A stretch of 63,019 bases of DNA, the filler included, from Guillardia theta CCMP2712 (lineage: Eukaryota; Protista; Cryptophyta): the NCBI RefSeq assembly GCF_000315625.1. It is 4 parts of 4 records of this genome, joined end to end, with 100 filler letters (N's around TTAATTAATTAA, not from the genome) between each part and the next. Parts side by side here need not be neighbours in the genome. Positions count along the whole stretch, not along the records: positions 50,735 to 63,019 come from NW_005434298.1; 3 more parts are not named here. One strand, 5' to 3'. Positions within the stretch are counted from its first letter, which is position 1. Each line of letters opens with the position of its first letter. Positions 53,390 to 63,019 of the stretch are shown here, one piece after another. A program made the translations under genes and the position numbers. Under the pieces are notes generated by a model. That model made no database searches. It was not told the origin of the DNA and was given only the letters and a program-made list of their open reading frames with translations.

Positions 53390-54910
53390 ATGATGATGGA
53401 GATGATGATGATGCGGTTATTCAGACTTCATTGCTATCCCCCGAGATATCCTCAAGACTGCTCACTCCATGTCCTCTCCTCCCCCCCGTGTGAGACTGGT
53501 GAGGACCTGCTGCGAGGTCCGGCCAGCATGACGGCGCCTGCAGGTAGGGGCTGACTGCAACATCGGCATAGGGAGAGCCTTGTACGAGCTAGTCTCCTCC
53601 TCCCGCACAAAGCACTTCCTCTTCCTTGAAGACGACTGGGTTCTCCCTTTCTCCAGGTCGACTCCTCCTCCTTCTTCTCCTCCTCGGCCTTCTCCTCCTT
53701 CTGCTCTTCCTCCTTCTGCTCCTTCTGCTCTTTCTCCTCCTCCTCTTCCTCCTCCTCCTCCTCCTCCCACGTGCATCGCAAGTTTTTGCCACCTTCTCTC
53801 CCCTCCTACCGCGCTCCTCCTCCTCTGCTTGATCTCAAACTCTTTCTGCAGCGAGATCTGGCGTCCTGTTATGGACGGCGCGATGAAGTTGATTCAGGAG
53901 GTGAGCTCCCTTTACTCTCATATCCAGCACTCCTCCCATTCCATCCCTCTCTCCAATCTCTCCTTTTCTCTCCTTCTCTCTTCCTCCTCTTCCATCTTGT
54001 CTTTCGTCCCTTCCTCCTTCCTCCTCCTTCTCCCCCTTCAGCAACCTACACACTCCTTTCATTCTTCCTCTCCCTCTCAGTTGTTCGCCTGCTACAGGGT
54101 AGAGCAGACGTCGTCCGCCTCAAGTCTGACGAGCTCAGCCCGCAGTCGGAGCATCACGATGGCCTGTAACTCTCCTCCTCCCCTGCTCCTTCCCTGCTCC
54201 CCCCTCCTCTTCTTTGTTCCTCCATCCTCTCACCCTCCGCCGCCTCCTGCAGGGCGTACGTTCTCAACTGCTCTCGCTTCCTCCCTCCTCACCCCCCTCA
54301 CTTCTTCTGCGCGTGCCTGGACCACACCATGCAGCCTGAGGGAGGCTGGGAGGGCAAGAGGCCCCACCTGGTCTTCAACGATGTCGAGCTGTGCTACCAC
54401 CGACAGCTCAACGTCTCCAGCATATCCTTCTACTGCCTGCCCTCCCGCTCCTGCAAGTACACAAACACCCCGACTATCTTCCACCAGTTCCCCTCCTCCT
54501 CCCGCTTCCATCTTCCTGACATGCTCCAGCGCTGGTTCTTGACCTTCCTGGGACCGACGGCTTATGTGGACCCTGGTCTCTCCTGTCTTGTCTCACGCTA
54601 CTTGACCCATGTGCGAGTAGGGATCGCCGTCAGCAAGCACTTCCTCGAAGACTCCGTCAACGACACCTGGCCTGCTCGTCCCTTCGTCGTCGGGGTGCCG
54701 TCGTCAGGTCAGCTCGGCCCATGGCGAGGGAGGCAGGAGACAGACACAGGAGACTGAGAGAGGAGAGGGAGGAAGGAGGCGGAGGCAGGAGAGGAAGGAA
54801 CGAGAGGGAGGAGAGGGAGGGAAGAGCTGATGGAGTGAGCAGGCCTCTTCATGCACATGGAACTTGACGACAAGGCCCCAGGAGCTACATACAACCCTTA
54901 CTTTTACTGA
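51466..54910 (+). CDS. Secreted/membrane hypothetical protein, possibly with a GT-A glycosyltransferase domain
   Basis: Signal peptide MRIPTILILVVACSLMLPGA, GS linker, KHFLFLEDDWVL motif, final exon LFMHMELDDKAPGATYNPYFY-stop. Confidence 0.45.
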
Positions 54911-55814
54911 ACGATGCTGCTTGACAGAACCCCCCTCATCTATTCCCTCAGCTCAAACTCACTAGCATCGAACTCGTCTTGTCCTCCTACTCCATCGCCA
55001 TCCTCTCTCTCCCACTCTCTCTGTCTATCTACTTCTCCTCTCTCTCCTTCCTCCTCCCTGTCTCCGCCCACAGCGAATTTTCGTATTGGCATCGGACTGG
55101 GAGAACAAACGCTCCTACCAGACATATGCTAGGGAGGGGGGTAGGGGTTCCTCTTCAGCCTTAGAGTACCGGGTGTTTTAAATAAATATTCGGTAATTGT
55201 GAGGGTAGGGGTCATAGAGGATATCGAGTCGTAGGAGTCAGGGCGCAACCTGAAACTAGAGGAGAGGGGGAGGAAGGGAGGAGAGGGGAGGGAGGGAGGG
55301 AGGCGGTAAGACATGCACGATGGGGATGTACACAAGAGGAGGGGAGGGAGGTACTGTATGATTGTTCCACAAAGGAGAAGTGCGGTCAAGAGCTGATAAA
55401 AAGGTTGTTCGACAAGGACAAGAAAGTAGTGGGTTGAACAGAAGTGAAAAGAAGGATGAATGGTGCAAGGTAGTAAGAGTGATGAACGCAAAGAGCAGGT
55501 TCGTGTCAAAAAACAGCCTCGTTTTCCTAGCATGCAGCAACCCAGGATAGAGGAAGGGAGATACTAGGTCAAGCGGCGGCAGAAAGTAAATAAGTTTCAA
55601 TGCATGGGAGGACGAATGAAGCAAGGAACGTAGAATGTATCGACGTTGCGTGAGCGGTAGAGCAGGAGGAAGAGCAGGAGGAAGTGCAGGAGGAGAAGGT
55701 CGCTGGGGTTGAGGAGAGTGCATGAACTCGTTCATGTTGACGGGTTGTTCCCAATGACGAGACTGAGGCAAAAACATGTGGAGATGAAGTCTCATCTGTC
55801 ATGAGCAGGCAGGC

Positions 55815-57620
55815 ATGACGTCCACGGTCAACAACGAGCGCGTCTGGGGGTCAGCGGCAGAGAACGGCGTCACTCTCGACGCCATGATCCACATCACGTC
55901 GGGAGTGACGTTTGCTCGGGCGGGAACGTTCATCTTGAGGAGCCTCGGGTACCAAGTGCTGGACAGCGGAGGGACGGGCGCGCTGAAGAAAGCCTGCGAG
56001 GCGAAGCCAGCAGCATCCACCATCTCCGTGGGTAAAGCTGGTGAGATGTATCTGTCCAAAGGGCCGTTTACCGTGCCGGAGAGCAAGGACTCAAAGAGGA
56101 TCGGGTTCACAACCTTCCATTCCTTGACCAGTGACGACAAGACAGCCACGCTCTACATGCCCTTCTTCTCCGGTGCCAGACCGCCCAAGGGGAGCGAGAA
56201 AGTCAGGGGGAGCATACTTGAATCTCCGCTCTACCAGCTCCCGACGAGGCTGGTCATCCAGACGTTTGCTGGACAGGAGAACCAGTATGCGGAGTGCCGC
56301 TGCGAGTGGCAGTCTGAGGTGGAGGTGGCGAAGGAGTACAAGACTGCGACCTGGGTAATGCAGGACAGGTTCTTGACCCAGCGGCTCAACTTCCGGGTCA
56401 ACGGCAAGAACCTCAAGGAGGCGGATGTGGCGGTGGAGGCCATGAAAAACCTGCTCGTCAACAGCCTCCTCTGGCGTCTCAGCGCAGCACAGCTCTCCAG
56501 CGGGTCCCTCTGGTGGAACGGTCACCCGACAACCGTAGTTCCGCACGCCAAGGGGATGCTCTACAACATGACCGTTACCAACTTGCCCGTCTTCTCCAGC
56601 TCCAGCGTCGATTGGAACAAGCTTGCGGCTGACAACCTCTCCCAGTACGCTCCTCCTTCTCCTCCCGAGTCTGCCCGCGTGGACTACTTGTCGATCACTC
56701 CAACCTTCGCCGCCATCCGTCATCATTCGTTCCTCTCCAGCCTCCCCAAGGTCTCTCAGCCTCCTTGCTGCTGTCCTGCTCAGTGTTGACCGGCGTCCAG
56801 GGATTTGACAGCATGGTGGATCGGGGGCTTAACACGTGGCTGGGGCTGCTGTACTGGTGGATGAGAAGGGCTTGAATTGCTTCTCGAGGATGACTTGAGT
56901 TGGATGCAGCATGGCGGTGCCGAAGGATCTCCTGATAGCTCGAACGTATCAGGTGACGAGGTAGCGCAGGAGGAAAGGGATGTGAACGGCACTCAGATCT
57001 CGCCGTCGGTGTGGATGTCCGGGACTGTGAAAGTGAAGTCGCCATCCGTCCTGCCGGTAAAGTCATGATCGCCTTGCTGGCCGCTGGGTTGACGTGCCGT
57101 GGGCAGGGAGAGCGAGGAGAGGAGGAGCTGAGGTGGCACGTAGAGAAGGAGTCCTTCGTCGCTCGGGCGATGGTTGCAAAGAACCTGTGCGCCTCCTGCC
57201 TTGGTCCACTCCTGCGATCTCTGACCGCCTCCTGCAGCCTCGCCAACGGGGACCTCTCCTTCTGTGCTGGCGCCGAGCATCGCGCCAACAGTTTACAGGT
57301 CTTGTCGCTGCTCCCCGGGACCTCTCCTCCTCTCACGTGCGCGGCAGGACCTCAAGGGAGGCGGATCCTCTGAGACGATCCCCTTCTTCGCTCTTGTGCA
57401 CAGATTCTCTCGGGGAACCTTCCAGGTCCCTCCCCCTCCTGTTGCCTGCAGCCAGTGACGCGCCTTGAAGGTTGCGGTCGAGGGGAGCGGGAAGGTGGCG
57501 GCAGAGGTGAGGCGAGGGTTCGGCGACGAGCTGCTGACCCTCCTCTGTGTGCGGTAGGTGGAGATGCGCTTTGAAGGAAAGAGGAACACGACCTCCTCCT
57601 TCACCTTCGGCGGAAAGTGA
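55815..57620 (+). CDS. Hypothetical protein (5' end uncertain)
   Basis: 324-codon ORF plus downstream exons ending VEMRFEGKRNTTSSFTFGGK-stop. Confidence 0.5.
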
Positions 57621-59350
57621 GCGAGGGCAAGCTCGGGCTGCGAGCCAGTCTGACGGAGTCTGGCAGGTGGGAGCAGAGAAGACGTCTGCAGATCGGAGCT
57701 GGGTTCCAGGTGGAGCTCTAAGGAGACGCTCGGAGGTCCCTGGGGATGACCCATCATGCCATGATCGGACTGAGTGACTGCTGCCTCGGAACTTTCACGG
57801 TTCCGGACTCTTGAAGGAACTTCGGAACTTGGAACTTGGCAGTAAACCGTCCGAACCTCGGAACTGTACGAGCGCTCAACGTTTGTCACCGTCCGACGGT
57901 CACATGTCGAGCCTCCCCCGGGCCGCGGCGGGTTCAGCCCGGGCCGGGCCCCGCCGGGCCCCGGAACCGTTCGGAACTTGTGCGAGTCGGAGCCTGAGTC
58001 TGGTACCGTCAGCGCCGCCCGGCTGGCCCGGCGGGCCTTAGGAATAACGTTACGAAACGGTTACGACGAGGACGTTCGATGCTTTCTGCAATTGCAGGGT
58101 GCCAATTGGTGGGGTACTACCCCTGGTACTTCCACCCCCCATTCGACCTGAGATTACCACCGGTGGTTCTCACTACAAAGTACACAGATGGAAGTTCCGA
58201 GGTGGATTGGGGTGGTGGTATGAGGTATGAGGGGTAGGGTAGTAGATGGGGTGTAACCAGATGCTCTCGAGTATGGTGGGTAGTGAAGGTGACAGAGTAT
58301 CATAAGGTGGGGTCATCAGAGAGAAAATTGGGGGTAGCCATTGAAAATAGATCCTCATCTGAGGGTAGGATAGTATAGTGACTGGGGGGTGTTTTTTTGC
58401 TGGGGGGGGGGGTGGGGTGGTCATCCCAATCGAAGGAACATGGAGACCCTGCAATGCTAGGATGAGGAGAGCGAGGGGAGGCGAGAGGGAGGAGGAGGAC
58501 GAGGACGAGGACGAGGAGGACGACGAGGAGGAGGTGGAAGAGGAGGGTGGTGGAGGAGGAGGGTGGTGGAGGAGGAGGACAGCAAGGATAGATGAGATTA
58601 TTGCTAGACAGGATGGGGGAGGAGGACGAAGATGGTGGAGAAGTTTGTGGAAGCGAACGAGGAGATGCGAGGATCCAGGTACTCGATGAACACAATGTGA
58701 GGTATTGTTATTCGGCCAGTCAAAGTTCACGTTTGTTCAGACAAATGATTTCACGGAGGATGTGGTAGACATCAAAGTTGAGTTCCAAAAGACAAGAGTT
58801 ATCTTCTGACGGCCTAGAGATACTTTTGACGAGGATTGACACGTACTTTGATTTCAGCAATTTGCACCTTTTTCAAGGCACGATGACTGATAGCAATGGT
58901 GAGCGAACTTGTGATGATATTGATGGACCCCGTTGTTCACATCGAAGGATATTTGCCCCATGTTTCGTGTGAATGTACGCATGCCATTGATGTTTCTCTC
59001 ACCATAGCTCTCAGTTTCGCCGCCCGATGGCGAACCTCAAGCATCGAATGTACGATGATTGCGACTCTCATGTTTCCATTTTCTCTCCTTCCTGAGAACG
59101 GCTTACAGCCATCTTTCTTGGACTCTTCGCTGCTTCAGAACGTAAAGGTACATCTGATCTATCCATGTCTTGCCGTGTCATGACAATCCCACTATCAGAA
59201 GACCATCCCGGACTCGTTGACAACTGCGCTGTCTGAAGCTCGAGCAGAGACGAGAGTGAGGTGAGAATTCGGGCATCAGGGGGGGAGTTGAAAATCTTGT
59301 TGAGAGCGTATCGTCCAGGTCTGAGGAGATCAAGAGCCATGCGGAGGCCA

Positions 59351-59532
59351 TGAAGAACTATGCCTTCCGGGTGTGGAAGATCGCCAACTGGTCTCTTGAC
59401 ATGCGGCTGACGTAGGCGCTCACGGCCGTTGACTTCCAGGTGGAGAACTCCCCCGACTACCCTGCGATCGCCTGAAGAGGAGGTGAACCGGCCCAAGGTG
59501 CGTTATGCCATCCGGGGTTCTACGATGATTGA

Positions 59533-59568
<36 letters not shown>

Positions 59569-61471
59569 TTCCCGTTCTCCTCCCGTCCTCCTCCTTTCTC
59601 CAGGTCTTGATCGTGTACAGCGACACTGGAGGAGGGCACAAGGCAAGCGCTGCGTCGATCGCAGCAGCCATCGATCAAATTGCCAAGGACAAAGTGAGAG
59701 GAGGCGAGGGTGAGGGCCAAGCATCTGATGTACGATCAGGTGGAAGTGAAGATCGTTGACATCATGGAAGACTACACGTTGTGGGCCTCGAACCGAACAT
59801 ACAATGTGATGCGCTGAGATGCTTGCTGGGCTGTGTTGAGACAGAGAAAGTTAGAGGATGCTTGAAGGCTGGGAGTGGAAAGAGCTCGAGGGATTAGAGG
59901 AGGAGCCAAGAGGAAGGGAGGAAGAGGAGGCAGGGGCAGCAGGAAGTTGACGCTTGTGGGTGACATTGACACTTGCTGGCTCAGTTCTTCAGCTCTCTTC
60001 CTTGGCTATGGGGGGCCATCTACAACTCAACCAAGAGGACACACTCGCTCAGCGGGAACGTCTGGATTTTAGATCCTGCGAGGGTTGGCGAGCCCTCTGT
60101 GCTTGAAGGCTTCATCCGCTGCGTGCAGGAAGAACGACCCGGTGCATCCTCCCCTGACAATCTCTCCCCCTTGAGCGTCTCGTTCCTTCAATCCTGAGCT
60201 CTGACACATGTTGGGTGCAGACATCATCGTCAGTGTTCACCCCATCTTGCAATCAGCACCCAGGTCTGTTGGTAGAAGGGAGAGAGCTATGGGAGGAGGA
60301 TGAGGAAGGAGGAAGAGAAGCAAGGAGGAAGAGGAGGGATCAGGAAGGGATGTGACGGGAGAGGCAGAGCGACGTCTAGCCACATGAAGGACGGCAAGCG
60401 AATCCCCTTCGTGACGGTTGTAACGGACCTCGGGGAGGCGCATCCTTGGTGGTTCAACAAAGGGCTGGACAAGATGTTTGTTCCAATCGAAGAGATGAAG
60501 GCGCAGGTGAGACAGGAGTTGGCAGCTGTAGAGTCAGTGCTGAAGGACTTCAGGCGTTGGAGTTTGGACTGAAGGAAGAGCAAGTCTCGGTCTGTGGGCT
60601 TCCGCTCCGTAAGGTGAGGGGAGACGTGGCGGTAGAGGAAGGAGGAGGAGAGAGGAACTGGGCAGTAGCTGACTGATATGTTGTAAGGGTTTCTGGAACA
60701 TCGACTCTAGCAAGAAGAACAAGGAGCTGATGCGGGACAAGCTTGAGGTCTCTTGTCTTGCTGGTGTGACGGAGGTGCTGATATCGTCTTGTAGCTCAAA
60801 CAGGACTGGCGAGTTGTCATCCTGATCGGAGGAGGAGATGGAATGGGCAAACTCAAGTGAGAACGGGCAGTCTGAGTTGGGGTGGAGGGTCGGGAGGGAG
60901 AGTCGGGCGAGGACGGGGACGGGGAAGAGCTTCTGATGTGCTTGCTGTAGAGAATGTGCCATGTCTTTCTTCGCTCTCAAGTCAAGCGGAAGGATGCAGA
61001 AGCTGCAGGTCGACTACCATGCTCCTCTCTAGCTTCTCTCTTCATGCTCCTCATGTCTCCTCCCCCCTCCCCCTCCTCGTCATCTCGTCCTTGTCTCCCT
61101 GACTCGAGGATATTGAAGATCGTGATCATCTGCGGAAAGAACGAGAAGCTGCAGAAGCAGCTGACGTGGGAGGCAGAGAAAGTAAAGCAGGTGAGACAGT
61201 AGGATGCGTCGACTGAGAGTAGAGGAGGGAGGAGAAAGGTAGAGGGGAGCGGGATGCGGGATGCGGAGACAGGGAAGCGAGCAGGAGGAGGAGGAGGAGA
61301 AGACAGAAGCTGAGCGGAGGGAGGAGGAACGGGAGAGAGAATGACATGATTGGCAGGGGCTTACTGAATGTGACATCCGCATCCTCGGATTCGTGTCGAA
61401 CATGGAGGAGTGGATGATCGCCGCTGATGTCCTCGTGACCAAGGCTGGTCCCGGCACTATCGCAGAGGTTC

Positions 61472-61523
<52 letters not shown>

Positions 61524-62304
61524 TCCTCCTCCTCCTCCTCCTCCTCCTCCTCCTCCTCCTCCTCCGCCTTCTCCTCTTGCCTTCCTCCTGTTCAACCGAT
61601 CTCTTCCTCTCTTTGCTTGTCCCTCTTTGATCGCTGCGACCTCGCTGAGCTGACCGTCAGGCCTGCTGCTGTGGCCTTCCCGTGCTGCTCTTCGACTTCC
61701 TCCCGGGGCAGGTGCGGCATGTCAGGGGTCGGCGCTCGCGCTGACGAGGAAGCAGGAGGAAGGCAACGTGACGTTCGTGGAGAGCAGTGGGATGGGCGAG
61801 TTTGTCAAGGATACGACGAAAGTAGGAGGCAGGTGCCTTGACTGGCTTGAGGACGAGGAGGGGCTGGTCCGCATGCAGCAGGCAAGCTTCAAGCACGCCG
61901 AGAGGAACAGCACAGCAGCAATGAAGATCGCGAAGCAGACGCTAGACGTGATCTTGGATGAGGAGCAGCAGCAGAGCATCGACGAGAGCGTCAGCGAGTG
62001 GGCAGGGAGGAAGAAGGAGACGATCGGGGCCCCCGCTGCCTCCAAGTTTGTCTATAAGTCAAGCTGGTGGTCCTGGTTCAGCCCGGCAAACTTGACCCAG
62101 GTGAAGTTCACTCCTCCTCCTCCTCCTCCTCCTCCTCCTCTCGTCTCCTCCCCTCCTCTGTCCTTTCTCCTCTCCTCTCCTCTCCCCTCCCCTCCCCTCC
62201 CCTCCTCTCCTCTCCTCTCCTCTCCTGTCGCTTCTTTCCGTCGCGTTGACTTTGATGTCCTCTAGGCTCCGAGCTGGTGGAGAGAAACAGAAGTGAAGGA
62301 ATAA
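59351..62304 (+). CDS. MGD: Monogalactosyldiacylglycerol synthase (GT28 family; start approximate)
   Basis: VLIVYSDTGGGHKASA, DIIVSVHP, IPFVTVVTDLGEAHPWWF, GGGDGMGKL, IICGKNEKL, GFVSNMEEWMIAADVLVTKAGPGTIAE, FLPGQ-EEGNVTFV. Confidence 0.93.
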
Positions 62305-62546
62305 CAGGAACAAGTTTCACGTGTCTCCTGTCTCTGGTCTCCTCTCCTCTCTCCTCACCCTTTTTTGTGTTTTCCTTAATCTCACATGAGATTATTTTTC
62401 CCCTGTACAAACATAAAGATGTTTACAGCAACGAGCCGTCTTTAATATCTACAACTTCACCTTGTTATCTTGTCAGACTCTAATCATCAACAACATCAAC
62501 ATCATCTGCCTCCGCCTTGTCCCTCCTGGTCCTTGCATGTCCTCCT

Positions 62547-63019
62547 TCAATCCTTCATGAGCTCTCTGTCCTCCTCTTCGATCGCTTGCTCGAGCTCCTC
62601 TGACGGCATCTGCGAGTCGTCCTCTATCGGCCCCTCCTCCATGCCGTTGAGCTTCGATCGCTCTGAGAAGTTCTCAGTTAGCAGAAGCGAAGCCATGGCG
62701 GGAGGAGGAGCAGAGGAAAGGAAAGGAGAGGGGGAAGAAGGGAGGAGGAGGGAAGAGAAGGAGATGATGAAGAGAAGGAGGTGGGAGGGAGGGAGGAAAG
62801 GGGTAGGGAGGGAGGGAAGGGGAGGGAGGAGGGAAGGGAAGGAGAGGAGGGGAGGGGAGAGGAGAGCAGAAGAGAAGGGAAGGGGAAAAGAAGGAGCTCA
62901 CCATATCGATGTTTAGGAGGGATGCAACGTTGCCCTTGTGGCGATAGCGGAGGGTGAACCTGTCGCTCTCGAGGATGAGGAAGGGGAAGTTGTTGATAGT
63001 GATGGCCAGAGGAAGGTCT
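62547..63019 (-). CDS. 3' end of an unidentified gene entering from the right edge
   Basis: Exons DLPLAITINNFPFLILESDRFTLRYRHKGNVASLLNIDM and ...EEGPIEDDSQMPSEELEQAIEEEDRELMKD-stop. Confidence 0.5.

Overview
Eukaryotic nuclear scaffold segment that appears to start near a chromosome end. It is intron-rich (many ~40-60 nt introns, some with GC donors), full of simple repeats, and carries N-gaps with TTAATTAATTAA spacers. The style plus plastid-related genes suggest a complex-plastid alga such as the cryptophyte Guillardia theta (inference only). Left end: an intronless ORF1-like reading frame running off the window, two interstitial (CCCTAAA)n tracts enclosing a diverged fragment of the same ORF, and an intronless Crinkler/RHS-type NTPase+nuclease gene. 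Then come a PKA regulatory-subunit gene whose second cyclic-nucleotide-binding domain appears circularly permuted, EB1, kinesin-5, a MORN protein and PIG-M. These are followed by a class-A-scavenger-receptor-like mosaic protein (TM, coiled coil, collagen, SRCR, C-type lectin, beta/gamma-crystallin, 3x PA14), an SK-type K+ channel, an FBXO21-like protein and a SohB/S49 peptidase. A decayed Ty1/copia element with near-identical LTRs sits between oppositely oriented copies of a 332-bp satellite. The right part holds two hypothetical genes and an MGDG synthase. Exon structures were assembled by eye, and gene ends described as approximate are uncertain.
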